This document shows, in pieces, positions 1 to 9,620 of a stretch of DNA of 52,966 nt. Under the pieces are notes generated by a model. That model saw only the letters and a program-made list of their open reading frames with translations. It made no database searches and was not told the DNA's origin. The position numbers were made by a program, and so were the translations under genes. This stretch comes from a virus. Its lineage: Duplodnaviria > Heunggongvirae > Uroviricota > Caudoviricetes. The stretch lies in IMG/VR virus record IMGVR_UViG_3300014208_000025, positions 1 through 52,966 of that record. One strand, given 5' to 3'. Each line of letters begins with the position of its first letter. Positions within the stretch are counted from its first letter, which is position 1.

Positions 1-59
1 AAAAACCCCAAGGATTCTTCGCTCCTCCAAAGTCATAAAAATTAAAACAATAACAAACT

Positions 60-422
60 ATGTCCAAACCAAAATTCAGATTGGGACAGGCGGTGTGGTG
101 TCGTGGATTGACTGTTAGAAATAGTGGGACACAACACCCCAACGCATATTACTTACCTGTAAAGTATGAAATTTGGAGAGTTGAATCTGAATATTGGTGG
201 AATTTTAACCACACAAAAAAGAATGTTATCAAATTCAAGTATGGTATCAACAGACCTAAACATTGTGAAAAACGCACCAAAAAATACAAAAACAATTTAA
301 TTACACATCACTCACACACATACGACAACATGTGTATGGAAAATGAGTTATCACTAAGTAGGAATGTCATTTTAACGGAGTGTCGTGAAGTCAACAGACA
401 ATTAAGGTCATATACACGATAA
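60..422 (+). CDS. hypothetical phage protein
   Basis: 120-aa ATG ORF; N-terminal 'KPKFRLGQAVW' resembles small phage SH3-like proteins. Confidence 0.6.
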   Translation: MSKPKFRLGQAVWCRGLTVRNSGTQHPNAYYLPVKYEIWRVESEYWWNFNHTKKNVIKFKYGINRPKHCEKRTKKYKNNLITHHSHTYDNMCMENELSLSRNVILTECREVNRQLRSYTR

Positions 423-428
423 AGATGT

Positions 429-1289
429 TTATTTTCTAAGCATCCATCCTTTTACTGATTTGGTCTTCCCATTTATCAAGTCGCATACAGTTCCTTTGTT
501 TACATCGTATTTGTTGTAGAAATCAAATCTTGTTCCCAAGAATTCTTCTTTTGTAAAATAATTGTGAAATTTGTAAGTGGTAGAATCATGTCGTGGATGA
601 CATTTTCCTTTTCTATTTGGCCATACTACGACTGTGTTTTTTAGAGAATCCCCAATTCTCTTTCTGGTTTCTAAACTCGGAATTTTACCTGAATTAGATT
701 CCCCAATTTTCCTTTTAGTATCATCGGATATATGTTTTCCAAAATTGGGATGATTTTCTTTCTTGTAATTTTTTGAAAATGTTAGTTTCATTTTTTCAAT
801 TATTACATCAGTCATTTCGGGTCTATCAGAAATGAAAGACAAATTGTAACATTTATCAGTTTCATTTTTGGCAATATCAAGATATTTCTGTTCGGCAATT
901 AACAACAATTCGGTTGGAACTTCTTCTACAATTACAAATTCAAACGATTCCTTCCCACATTTGTTCCACGCATTTTGAAGATGGTCATTTGAATGACAAT
1001 TTTTTCTTAATGTTTGTTTATGTCTATTCCAACGGCCTCTTCTACCCAATATATGTTTGGAACTACCAACATAATACTTTCCATTTATTTTATTGACAAT
1101 CTTGTAGATTCCTGATATCTTTGTTCTTGTAATATCGGTTGAGTGACCGCTTCCGTTCAAGTCGTTTGTGGTGGTTGTAGTAACGCATTCTACGAATTCT
1201 CCATTGTTCGTGAATTTCTTCAATGGTTCGGTTGAGACATTTTCTTCCCATAGGTTTTTATACTTTGTTGTTGACAGTTGAACGTTCAT
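429..1289 (-). CDS. GIY-YIG homing endonuclease with NUMOD3-like repeats
   Basis: SGIYKIVN..GKYYVGSS, R..H, LQNAWNK, EQKYLD, YN motifs; HPNFGKHISDDTKRKIGES repeats. Confidence 0.9.
   Translation of the reverse strand: MNVQLSTTKYKNLWEENVSTEPLKKFTNNGEFVECVTTTTTNDLNGSGHSTDITRTKISGIYKIVNKINGKYYVGSSKHILGRRGRWNRHKQTLRKNCHSNDHLQNAWNKCGKESFEFVIVEEVPTELLLIAEQKYLDIAKNETDKCYNLSFISDRPEMTDVIIEKMKLTFSKNYKKENHPNFGKHISDDTKRKIGESNSGKIPSLETRKRIGDSLKNTVVVWPNRKGKCHPRHDSTTYKFHNYFTKEEFLGTRFDFYNKYDVNKGTVCDLINGKTKSVKGWMLRK
1090..1251 (-). CDS. basic microprotein overlapping the 5' part of the GIY-YIG gene (family copy 1)
   Basis: Manual translation MGRKCLNRTIEEIHEQWRIRRMRYYNHHKRLERKRSLNRYYKNKDIRNLQDCQ* (53 aa); aligns with four other copies in the window. 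Confidence 0.75.
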   Translation of the reverse strand: MGRKCLNRTIEEIHEQWRIRRMRYYNHHKRLERKRSLNRYYKNKDIRNLQDCQ

Positions 1290-1298
1290 GTGTTATCC

Positions 1299-1306
1299 TA
1301 TAAATA
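1299..1306 (-). promoter_or_regulatory. TATTTATA motif (putative phage late promoter)
   Basis: Octamer 9 nt upstream of ATG 1289; recurs before many starts. Confidence 0.55.
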
Positions 1307-1348
1307 CAGTTGAAAACATTGAACGTGACAAAAATCGTGACGAAAAAT

Positions 1349-3376
1349 ATGAAACTTGAAGAACTACAATCCATCATAGACAAGGCCGATTCTGCCTATT
1401 ATACGACGGGCCAAAGTATAATGGAAGACGCAAGATACGATAAGTTGAAAGATGATTTGAAACGGTTGAATCCATCCGATGCTAGATTGATTACTGTGGG
1501 GTCAACTATTAAGGATAACATTCTCAAAAAAGTTAAACATAACATTCCAATGGGCAGTCTTTCAAAGTCCACTAACGAACAGGAATGGAAATCGTGGTTG
1601 AAGAACAATGGATTTCAGGTAAATGACCAATTCCACGTCAGCCTCAAAATGGATGGTGGTTCATTCTCTGTTGAATACCGTGATGGCCGCCTCGTTTCAG
1701 CCATTTCCCGAGGCGATGGCTTAGTTGGTGAAGATATTACGGCCAACGCAATCAATTTCAAAAATCTCCCCAAGGTCGCCAAACTGAACGACAAACTATT
1801 CAGTGGTTTTGTTCGTGGTGAGGTTGTTCTGTTAAACGAAGATTGGGAAAAAGTTGACTCCAACAAAGAATCCAATCCTCGCAATCTGGCCGTGGGTATC
1901 GCCCGTCGTAAAGACGGAACTCAATCTGAATATCTTTCGTTCTATGCCTTCCGAGCCTTCAACAACGACGGTGACACCATCACCAATCACGAAACATCAA
2001 TGTCTCGTGAACTTGAGAAGATGGGTTTTACGGTCGCTCCTTACGACTACGGTAATGCCGAAGCGGTGTGGAATTTCTTCCAAGAAACTGCCGTGAAACG
2101 TTCCAAGTTGAATTTTTGGATTGATGGCATCGTTGCGAAAGTTGATGATATTAAGAAACAATTGGTAATGGGCGAATCCGGAGGATGCCCAAAATTACAA
2201 AACGCCATCAAGTTTGACGCGGAAGGTGAAAAGACGATTCTCCGTGGTGTGACTCTCCAAGTCGGTCATACGGGTGCTATCGTTCCGGTGGCCAACTTCG
2301 ACCCCGTTCGTATCGGTGGAACGACCGTCACCAATGCCACACTCTGTAATTGGGAAAACATTGAAACCCTTGACGTGGCCATCGGCGATGAAATCTTCGT
2401 CATCAAAGCAGGCGACATTATCCCTCGCATCATGGAAGTGACGAAACAGAGTAAGAACCGGCAAGAGATAGCCCGCCCAACGAAGTGTCCGGTGTGTAGT
2501 GGCAAGGTTGGTCATCGCACGAACACGTCAGGCGAAGAGAGTGCCGTTATCTACTGCTTGAATGATAATTGCCCGTCTGTGATTACAGGTCGTATTGACA
2601 AGTATCTATCATCCTTGGATATTCAAGGCGTGGGCACCAATCTCATTCAGTCGTTGGTTGATGACTTGGGTGTGAAGGATGCTTCTGACCTTTATATTCT
2701 ACACCTCAAACGCACCCAGTTGGCCGATTTGATTCTCAGTGGTAAGGTTCGTCTCGGTGAAAAACGGGCCGATAAGTTCCTCGCGGAAATTGAGAAACGT
2801 CGCACAATTACCCTAAGTGAATTCTTGGGTAGTCTTGGTATCTTCGGCCTCGGCAAACGTCGTGTGGCTTTAATTCAACAGGCATTGCCCGGTAAGATGG
2901 ATACTCTCGACGATTGGTTCTCTGACGTGCTCGTGAAGAACGCGACTCAGGCCGGCGTGAAGAACATGGCTCAAGGCATTCACGATGAGTTGGTGAAGAA
3001 CAAAGATTACATCACGAAATTCATCACGAATGGATTGGTGATTGGTCAACCGGCGCCCAAGGCACAGTTGAAGGCCGGAGCGTTTCTTATCTGTATTACT
3101 GGGGCTCTTTCTGCTCCAAAAGCCAAATTTCAATCTCTTATAGAATCTGCTGGACATGGATATACCGATGCGTTTTCTAAATCATTAACACATTTAGTGG
3201 CAGCCGATAAAAACGGGGATTCAAGCAAATTAGAAAAGGCAAGAAAATATGGAATCACAATTATTGATGAATCTGAATTGATAAAATTGATTGGTAATGT
3301 TGTGGTTCTAACGCCGACCAAACCGACCAAATCGACCAAATCGGTTTCAAATGATAACAATCCGTGGTTTAGTTAA
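1349..3376 (+). CDS. ligA: NAD-dependent DNA ligase
   Basis: YY..G.S...DARYD, KMDG adenylation motif, SRGDG..GEDIT, RGEV, NPRN, DGIV.K, OB fold, Cys4 finger, HhH, C-terminal BRCT; ATG 1349 preferred to TTG 1310. Confidence 0.97.
   Translation: MKLEELQSIIDKADSAYYTTGQSIMEDARYDKLKDDLKRLNPSDARLITVGSTIKDNILKKVKHNIPMGSLSKSTNEQEWKSWLKNNGFQVNDQFHVSLKMDGGSFSVEYRDGRLVSAISRGDGLVGEDITANAINFKNLPKVAKLNDKLFSGFVRGEVVLLNEDWEKVDSNKESNPRNLAVGIARRKDGTQSEYLSFYAFRAFNNDGDTITNHETSMSRELEKMGFTVAPYDYGNAEAVWNFFQETAVKRSKLNFWIDGIVAKVDDIKKQLVMGESGGCPKLQNAIKFDAEGEKTILRGVTLQVGHTGAIVPVANFDPVRIGGTTVTNATLCNWENIETLDVAIGDEIFVIKAGDIIPRIMEVTKQSKNRQEIARPTKCPVCSGKVGHRTNTSGEESAVIYCLNDNCPSVITGRIDKYLSSLDIQGVGTNLIQSLVDDLGVKDASDLYILHLKRTQLADLILSGKVRLGEKRADKFLAEIEKRRTITLSEFLGSLGIFGLGKRRVALIQQALPGKMDTLDDWFSDVLVKNATQAGVKNMAQGIHDELVKNKDYITKFITNGLVIGQPAPKAQLKAGAFLICITGALSAPKAKFQSLIESAGHGYTDAFSKSLTHLVAADKNGDSSKLEKARKYGITIIDESELIKLIGNVVVLTPTKPTKSTKSVSNDNNPWFS
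3313..3342 (+). repeat. 9-bp tandem repeat, about 3 copies, encoding PTKPTKSTKS
   Basis: ccgaccaaa-ccgaccaaa-tcgaccaaa in the ligase tail. Confidence 0.6.
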
Positions 3377-4256
3377 CTAATATCCATCCTTTATAGGATT
3401 TCAATTTGTTTTTTATTAACGACGATACACATCGCTTGTCAAGATGATATTTTGTGTAAAAATCCAACCTAACACCAAAAAATTCTTCTGATGTTAATTG
3501 ATTTCTAAAACGATAGATTGTTTTATCAAAACTAGAATTCTGTTCTCTTGTGTTTTTTCCGATGTGGGACATCCTAAGTTTTAATTTTGTCTCGGCGGAC
3601 ATTTTTCGTCCCAAACAATTTTTATTTCCTCTACTAGCACAAGCAAGTTTTTGTTTAGTATCATCTGACATTTTTCTGCCCAAACTATTTTTATTTCCAA
3701 TTTTACTTAATCCAATTTTTCGTTTGGTTTCATCCGACCGTTTTAGACCGAGAATTCTGTTTCGTATTTTGTTTTTAATTTCATCTGTCATTTCAACTCT
3801 CTCGGCTATGAAAGACATGTTGTAACACTTATCAGATTCTTTTTTGGCTATATCTAAATGTTTTTGTTCCACAACTAAACATTGTGTAGGGTCACATTCT
3901 TCCACCAATAAAAATTCAAAGTCATCAGAGTTTTGTTTATTCCATGCTCGTTGTAAATGAATGTTTGTATGTCTATTCACTGACAACATATTTTTATGTT
4001 GCCACATCCGACCATCCCATCCACTATTTCCTAACAACCCGAAAATGTTTGTGGAACTTCCAACGTAATACTTTCCGTTAACCCGATTGACAATCTTGTA
4101 GATTCCCGCCACTCTTTTTCTTGGAGTCGTAGTATCGGTCAAGACTTTCTTTTTGAAGTCGTTCTCTGTGACGGTCATAGAAACGACGTGCTCGTTTTCG
4201 GGTTTGTTTTCTAAATTGACTAAGGGTAAGGTTTGGATTTCGTTTTGGCATATCAT
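3369..4256 (-). CDS. GIY-YIG homing endonuclease with NUMOD3-like repeats
   Basis: AGIYKIVN..GKYYVGSS; LGRKMSDDTKQKL repeats; paralog of 429..1289. Confidence 0.9.
   Translation of the reverse strand: MICQNEIQTLPLVNLENKPENEHVVSMTVTENDFKKKVLTDTTTPRKRVAGIYKIVNRVNGKYYVGSSTNIFGLLGNSGWDGRMWQHKNMLSVNRHTNIHLQRAWNKQNSDDFEFLLVEECDPTQCLVVEQKHLDIAKKESDKCYNMSFIAERVEMTDEIKNKIRNRILGLKRSDETKRKIGLSKIGNKNSLGRKMSDDTKQKLACASRGNKNCLGRKMSAETKLKLRMSHIGKNTREQNSSFDKTIYRFRNQLTSEEFFGVRLDFYTKYHLDKRCVSSLIKNKLKSYKGWILVN
4078..4251 (-). CDS. basic microprotein overlapping GIY-YIG gene (family copy 2)
   Basis: MPKRNPNLTLSQFRKQTRKRARRFYDRHRERLQKESLDRYYDSKKKSGGNLQDCQSG* (57 aa); AGAAAGGA upstream. Confidence 0.7.
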   Translation of the reverse strand: MPKRNPNLTLSQFRKQTRKRARRFYDRHRERLQKESLDRYYDSKKKSGGNLQDCQSG

Positions 4257-4317
4257 AGGATTCCTTTCTGTCTATAAGTATAACCCAAAACTTCGTAACG
4301 ATACGAAATTTTTGGAC

Positions 4318-4346
4318 TTGACTTTTTTGGTAAACTGATATATCAT
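4318..4346 (+). promoter_or_regulatory. sigma70-like promoter
   Basis: TTGACT-17 nt-TATCAT, ATG at 4353. Confidence 0.6.
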
Positions 4347-4352
4347 GTGACA

Positions 4353-4970
4353 ATGAATACTGAAAAACATGGTGGCTACGTTTTCCTTGACTGCGAAATG
4401 GGTGGATTGGAGAAGGAAATTCATTCTCTCTTGTCTGTTTATCTTTTGTTTGTGGACGACGACTTTCAACCCATTGACGACTTGTATCTTTACCTCAAAC
4501 CCAACGACGGTAACTACGTTGTGTGTGCTCAGGCAATGAACGTCAACAAAATTGACTTGGTAGTTCACGATACCAAGGCTATTACTTACAGAGAAGGTGG
4601 AACTAAACTCTATCAATTTTTGAAAGCAATTTCCAACGATGGAAAAATCAAAGTGGTACCTGTGGGTCATGGTATTTATGGCGATATTGAATGGATTATA
4701 CACAATTTAATTGGACTTGATACGTGGAACAATTTTGTTTCTTATCGTAAAATTGACACTCAAGCCATTAGCCAATTTCTTAAAACATGTGGAAAATTTC
4801 CCGAAGATGTAAGTGGTAGTTTGAAATCTATCGCAGACTATTTCGGTATTGCCCATGTGGAAAATGAACTTCATACCGCCAAAGGTGACACTTTGTTGAC
4901 TCTTGAAGTATTCAAAGCATTAAGAAACTCGATTATGGGAGAACCAACACCAGCATTTTACAACGACTAA
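4353..4970 (+). CDS. DEDDh 3'-5' exonuclease (DnaQ-like)
   Basis: FLDCEMGG (ExoI), VGHGIYGD (ExoII), IDT, HTAKGD (ExoIII). Confidence 0.85.
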   Translation: MNTEKHGGYVFLDCEMGGLEKEIHSLLSVYLLFVDDDFQPIDDLYLYLKPNDGNYVVCAQAMNVNKIDLVVHDTKAITYREGGTKLYQFLKAISNDGKIKVVPVGHGIYGDIEWIIHNLIGLDTWNNFVSYRKIDTQAISQFLKTCGKFPEDVSGSLKSIADYFGIAHVENELHTAKGDTLLTLEVFKALRNSIMGEPTPAFYND

Positions 4971-4971
4971 T

Positions 4972-5109
4972 ATGTTACAAAAACTCAAATACAAATTTCA
5001 ATATTGGAAACGAAAAGTTTGCCTATTCATTGGCATATGTCCAAAGTGTTATACGTTAGTTAATTACACTTCGAAAAATAGGCCAATTTGTCCTACTTGT
5101 GGAAAGTAA
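4972..5109 (+). CDS. small zinc-ribbon protein
   Basis: Manual translation, 45 aa with CPKC...CPTC; fills the gap between co-oriented genes. Confidence 0.55.
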   Translation: MLQKLKYKFQYWKRKVCLFIGICPKCYTLVNYTSKNRPICPTCGK

Positions 5110-5113
5110 ATAT

Positions 5114-5653
5114 ATGACCGACCAAGAACAAAAGAAATTTTTGAGGAAAGAAAAACTTCGTCATATTCGATGGCAGATTTCTATTCTTATTCCTCGTTGT
5201 ATTCGTGATAGTTGGGATAACCTTCGGTATTTCCTTAACCCCCGACAACGTTGGTTGACCAAGAAAATTCCGTATCATTGGGTGGACAAGGATACCATTA
5301 TGGAGTTGGTAATTCTTGAATGTATTAAAAATTACGTTGAAGGAGAAAAAGCATTGGAACATTACGAAAGTAGTCAGGCTGACCCGACTTATCCTGAACA
5401 TCAAGCCGAGTTTGATAGGGAAGTCAAATCAGCATATGACGAGATTACCAAAACTTTACCAGATTTGGAGAAACAATATAAAGAGTCATGGGCGAAAATT
5501 CCTCACCGTGATATTACCAAATTGCCGTTGCTTCCGATTGATGATTACCATGGCGTCTATGGAGAAACCGACCGGCTTGAAGAAGACATTGCCAACTCGA
5601 AGACTCGCATCATGGTATGGGCCGTAACCAATCGGCGAAAGATTTGGACATGA
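5114..5653 (+). CDS. hypothetical protein
   Basis: Long ORF in operon; ATGA overlap with the next gene. Confidence 0.7.
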   Translation: MTDQEQKKFLRKEKLRHIRWQISILIPRCIRDSWDNLRYFLNPRQRWLTKKIPYHWVDKDTIMELVILECIKNYVEGEKALEHYESSQADPTYPEHQAEFDREVKSAYDEITKTLPDLEKQYKESWAKIPHRDITKLPLLPIDDYHGVYGETDRLEEDIANSKTRIMVWAVTNRRKIWT

Positions 5654-5880
5654 AAACACCCAATAAAAAATTAGGAATAACCGGAAGTTCTACAGGAAAA
5701 ACATCATGGTCATGGGTAACATACAATGCTTTGTTACATGATAAAGAACAAAATATTCAAGTAATTGAGTGGCCTAATGGAGAAGGTTTTACGGTTCTTC
5801 GAAATGATGAAACTGAAATTCATATTGATTGGGATGAATGGAGAGCATTAAAAACAGCAGTAAATAAATTAGGAAATTAA
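5650..5880 (+). CDS. hypothetical protein
   Basis: ATGA-coupled ORF; 'VIEWPNGEGF' motif seen in phage proteins. Confidence 0.65.
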   Translation: MKTPNKKLGITGSSTGKTSWSWVTYNALLHDKEQNIQVIEWPNGEGFTVLRNDETEIHIDWDEWRALKTAVNKLGN

Positions 5881-5881
5881 T

Positions 5882-6307
5882 ATGGCACTATCTGATTGCC
5901 CGAAGTGTTGGAACACTCCATGTGATTGTGGACATGATTACAAGGATTGGTCAGTAGAGGCATTGGAAAAGATGGCGACATTGTTTGGTGGTTTGGTCAT
6001 TGAAAAAACAAAACAACAAATGAGCACTTTACCAAAAAAGATTATCCGTGTTGATGACGGAGCCGAGTTTCTTCTAAATGAAGTTACTCAAACATATTAC
6101 ATCTGGCTTCCCATCAGAGGATTGAATGAGTCAGGGGGATTTGGTTACACCTATGAACGGCTCATGGAAGACCCAAGGAGCAAAGGAACATTCAAGGTAG
6201 CTGATGGCACAGAAGATTTACTGACCATGAAAAAACGTTGGATGGATGAAATGAACCGTGTAAGTAATAATAGTCACGGTGGATATGGAGACGAAGACGA
6301 TGAATAA
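5882..6307 (+). CDS. hypothetical protein with N-terminal Cys cluster
   Basis: MALSDCPKCWNTPCDCGH. Confidence 0.65.
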   Translation: MALSDCPKCWNTPCDCGHDYKDWSVEALEKMATLFGGLVIEKTKQQMSTLPKKIIRVDDGAEFLLNEVTQTYYIWLPIRGLNESGGFGYTYERLMEDPRSKGTFKVADGTEDLLTMKKRWMDEMNRVSNNSHGGYGDEDDE

Positions 6308-6968
6308 AGTATTGAAATTGACGCTACATGATGACATGAAAGTGTTCTTCACGTCGGATTTTCATTTGAACCATTCTCCAAAATGGCCGATACCTATTTG
6401 GAAATCCAGAGGGTTTGATTCTGTGTCGGAAATGAATGAGTCAATCATTAAATCTATAAACGATTGCGTTAAACCTACAGATATATTGTTTTTTCTAGGT
6501 GATTTTGTGTTGAATTGTTCCGAACCCCAATTTGAAGAATTTTTATCAAGAATAAATTGTCAAACCATTTATATGATTTTTGGCAATCACAATAGTTGTG
6601 TATGGAATGTTTATCAGAGAGAAATTCAAAACTTTTTGGAAAAAAACAATGTAAATAAGTCCACATTATTTTCAATAGATATAGAAGTATATCCCTTCCG
6701 TTACAGGAACCTTGTGTTTCTAGGCAACTATGCCGAAGTTTCGGTAGATGGAATCTATTTCATTCTTACTCATTATCCAATTCATTCTTGGAATTATATG
6801 AAACAAGGAAGTATCCATTTATACGGACATCAACATTCTAAAAACAACCCGCAAGGCGGCAAGCGACTTGATGTTGGGTGGGCTGGAAATAAACGACCTT
6901 ATTCAATCAATGACATTTTGGATAAGATGAAAGACATTCCTATATTGTCAGATGGTGGACATCATTAG
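6300..6968 (+). CDS. calcineurin-like metallophosphoesterase
   Basis: TSDFH, LGDF, GNH, HYP, HLYGHQH, DVG motifs. Confidence 0.9.
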   Translation: MNKVLKLTLHDDMKVFFTSDFHLNHSPKWPIPIWKSRGFDSVSEMNESIIKSINDCVKPTDILFFLGDFVLNCSEPQFEEFLSRINCQTIYMIFGNHNSCVWNVYQREIQNFLEKNNVNKSTLFSIDIEVYPFRYRNLVFLGNYAEVSVDGIYFILTHYPIHSWNYMKQGSIHLYGHQHSKNNPQGGKRLDVGWAGNKRPYSINDILDKMKDIPILSDGGHH

Positions 6969-7005
6969 TATTTGATACTAATTTACACAGACCAATAAAT
7001 TCAAC

Positions 7006-7311
7006 ATGGCACACTACACGGAGAGACATCCAAACGATAAGGCAACCGAAGAATTTATGAAAGGTATTGGTTTTACCTTACATCCAAGTTGTTTCGGCTG
7101 TGAATGGCACGGTTACGGTCAATTCTTTGTTCTCAAAGAAGATGTCGTTATAACGTCTCTTGGAAATTTGTTTGACTATTTTCGGAAAGAAACATACAAC
7201 CTAGCGTATGGTCGTGGTAAATCAGATGCGATTGCCAAACTCTACGAAAAAATGAATGATGTGGTATTTGAACCTTCCGAAGTCAACCATGACAAATTGA
7301 CAATTGAATGA
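7006..7311 (+). CDS. hypothetical protein
   Basis: ATG ORF in co-oriented run. Confidence 0.6.
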   Translation: MAHYTERHPNDKATEEFMKGIGFTLHPSCFGCEWHGYGQFFVLKEDVVITSLGNLFDYFRKETYNLAYGRGKSDAIAKLYEKMNDVVFEPSEVNHDKLTIE

Positions 7312-7322
7312 AGTATAATAAG

Positions 7323-7350
7323 TTGACCAATCATCGTTCCGTGATACAAT
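7323..7350 (+). promoter_or_regulatory. sigma70-like promoter
   Basis: TTGACC-16 nt-TACAAT with TG extension; abuts ATG 7351, so the start codon of the next gene is uncertain. Confidence 0.45.
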
Positions 7351-7842
7351 ATGAGCGTTCAAGATGAAACATGGGATAGACCCGTTTGTAACCATTGTGG
7401 TTATGAAATCAAATACGGTGAAAAATATTGTCACTACAACGGAGACTGTCTAACATCATGGAAACCATATCTTGACGCCAAAAACATGAGCGAAGCAGAC
7501 TTAATCAAATCAAAGTTGGTTTCTGTATTGGACAAACTAGAAACAGCCAACTCGTTTGATTCGGTTGGCCTTTCCGACCAACCCTTAACCCTATGTGAAC
7601 AACTTATGAATACACAAACAATCGCAAACATTAACCAATCGGCGTCTGAAATTACGACATTAATTGAAACTCTTGGCTTCGTCACCGAAAATCCCGTTCT
7701 TGATTTGGAACTTCAAATCGGTGACATTATCAAGAAGAACCTATTGGGAAACACAAACTACACCATTTCTCCACTACTCGGAATACCGCCAGATGACCTT
7801 GGCTATCCCCGATTTATATCGTGTGGTTGTAACAAGGCTTAA
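7351..7842 (+). CDS. hypothetical protein
   Basis: 163-aa ORF. Confidence 0.6.
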   Translation: MSVQDETWDRPVCNHCGYEIKYGEKYCHYNGDCLTSWKPYLDAKNMSEADLIKSKLVSVLDKLETANSFDSVGLSDQPLTLCEQLMNTQTIANINQSASEITTLIETLGFVTENPVLDLELQIGDIIKKNLLGNTNYTISPLLGIPPDDLGYPRFISCGCNKA

Positions 7843-7847
7843 TTACT

Positions 7848-8531
7848 ATGAACGAACATCTTGACAAATATTTGTGCGAAAAGTATCCAAAAATTTTTGC
7901 AGACCGAAACAAATCTCCTATGGAATCGTGTATGCACTGGGGAATATCATGTAATGATGGTTGGTTTCACATTCTTGATATTGCATGCGATACAATTCAA
8001 CAGCATATAGATAGACCTAAATATGTCGAAAAACGATTCAATTCAGTTAAACGATTGTATAACCGAATTGTGTGGAATTTTATCATATATCCCATTGCTA
8101 AATTAGTTGCATTCGGAGAATTTTCAAAAAAAGGGTTTACTGTTTCGGCAAACCAACACTCTAAGAAACGATGGGTAATTTACGATTGGTTCTATAAATG
8201 GTTTCAGTTTGATATTACCTATGAACCATCCAAAATCCCCATTCCACAATTGGTCGCTGACCAAGTGAAGGAGAAATTTTCATCGTTAAGATTTTATTGT
8301 CATGGCGGAGATGATTACACAAGAGCCGTAATCGACTTTGCTGAATCTCTATCTTACCATGTCTGTGAAGACTGTGGTTCGATGGATGAAACTGTGGATC
8401 GTAACTCCCGTGGATGGATTCGCACGACGTGTGAAAAGTGTACTCACAAAGATGATCTTGAAGACCACAAGAATAATCGTAACAAGGAACGTGCAGTATT
8501 GTTTGAAAAAGTTCTCAAATCCAAGAAATGA
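7848..8531 (+). CDS. conserved phage hypothetical protein (QVKEKF-LRFY family)
   Basis: GWF.I, QVKEKFSSLRFY, CEDCG...GWIRTTC motifs. Confidence 0.75.
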   Translation: MNEHLDKYLCEKYPKIFADRNKSPMESCMHWGISCNDGWFHILDIACDTIQQHIDRPKYVEKRFNSVKRLYNRIVWNFIIYPIAKLVAFGEFSKKGFTVSANQHSKKRWVIYDWFYKWFQFDITYEPSKIPIPQLVADQVKEKFSSLRFYCHGGDDYTRAVIDFAESLSYHVCEDCGSMDETVDRNSRGWIRTTCEKCTHKDDLEDHKNNRNKERAVLFEKVLKSKK

Positions 8532-8821
8532 AAGTAAGCGAAAAACAACTTCTGATGTTGGTTGACATTGCCAAAGATTCATTACGAATCGGAAGTGTGT
8601 TTGGCGGTTACACGCCTCAGATTCGACTACAACTTGTCAACGACGTTATCAATCAGCAATCCAACGAATTGAAAAACGTGGATACCACAATCAATTATAA
8701 ACAAGAATTGGAAAAAAGGTTAACGTTACGTTCTGTGGATGACATAGTAAAACCTGATAAAAATGTTAAAGTGCCTAAATACGACCAATTATCAGAAGGT
8801 TGCGATCCGGATTTTTCATGA
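8528..8821 (+). CDS. hypothetical protein
   Basis: ATGA overlaps at both ends. Confidence 0.65.
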   Translation: MKVSEKQLLMLVDIAKDSLRIGSVFGGYTPQIRLQLVNDVINQQSNELKNVDTTINYKQELEKRLTLRSVDDIVKPDKNVKVPKYDQLSEGCDPDFS

Positions 8822-9279
8822 TTAAATCATTGTTTGCCATAAAATTTTTGTTATGTCATCTTATTGGTGATTATGTTTTAGGACAATCTGATTATATGGC
8901 TCTAAACAAATCGAAACAAACCTTACCATGTTTGATTCATTGTTTACTTTATACATCATTCTTTCTTTTTGTGACCATTTCATGGAAGGCGTTATTGTTC
9001 ATCTTCGTAACCCATTTCATTATTGATAGATTTCCTATCATCGTAAAACGAATAATTTGGTTTAAGAATCATTTGAATCCACAGTTCAACTATCCACCGT
9101 TCAAATACTGTGATACAACCGGCTATCATGATGATTCTCCTTACAACACGTATCGAAATGGAGAAGAACGGTGTTTTGGAAAGCCACGTCATTTCTTCAT
9201 TACCATCTGGCTTTACATTATTACCGATAACACAATTCATATTTTATGTAATTTGTTATCGGTAATATTATTTTGTTGA
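8818..9279 (+). CDS. DUF3307-like membrane protein
   Basis: HLIGDYV.Q, H..LY, HFIID, DNTIH histidine motifs in hydrophobic helices. Confidence 0.7.
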   Translation: MIKSLFAIKFLLCHLIGDYVLGQSDYMALNKSKQTLPCLIHCLLYTSFFLFVTISWKALLFIFVTHFIIDRFPIIVKRIIWFKNHLNPQFNYPPFKYCDTTGYHDDSPYNTYRNGEERCFGKPRHFFITIWLYIITDNTIHILCNLLSVILFC

Positions 9280-9297
9280 AAATATGCCGTCGTTTCT

Positions 9298-9552
9298 ATG
9301 AACGAACCATTCTTAAAATCTGACTTTGGTTACTGTGTTTGGGTGTTGTTCTACAAACGGTGGGGAAAAACCCCTTTCGAGGGTAAACTTCGTTCCCAAA
9401 CGTGGTGGCAGAACCGTTTAAATCAATTCGTTGACGTTCCAGAAACCACTATTCCAGCAGAAACCAACCTCAGACCCGGTATTTACGACCAAACAGGCCA
9501 TGAAATACCTCCGTCAGCACGATACGAAGACGAATTTACGTTTTCCACTTGA
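9298..9552 (+). CDS. hypothetical protein
   Basis: 84-aa ATG ORF. Confidence 0.5.
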   Translation: MNEPFLKSDFGYCVWVLFYKRWGKTPFEGKLRSQTWWQNRLNQFVDVPETTIPAETNLRPGIYDQTGHEIPPSARYEDEFTFST

Positions 9553-9576
9553 CTTTTTATATTCATGTGTTAGGAT
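9549..9576 (+). promoter_or_regulatory. sigma70-like promoter of rIIA
   Basis: TTGACT-16 nt-TAGGAT with TG extension. Confidence 0.55.
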
Positions 9577-9620
9577 GTTACCACAATCGAAAAACGATTG
9601 GGAACAAACGCTAAAACAAT

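Noticed and set aside
1090-1289. Sequencing frameshift errors as the cause of the microprotein/nuclease overlaps
   Set aside because: The same frame offset at five independent loci, with both frames open across the overlap, is unlikely to be random error. Read-level checking would still be prudent.
1299-1306. T4-type late promoter TATAAATA driving ligA on the plus strand
   Set aside because: The same octamer at 33954, 34653 and 39905 has no plus-strand gene downstream, but sits 4 nt from minus-strand starts.
4272-4703. 143-aa antisense ORF, and similar ORFs at 20131-20628, 22195-22713 and 32864-33421
   Set aside because: Each lies opposite a motif-supported gene and has no independent evidence.
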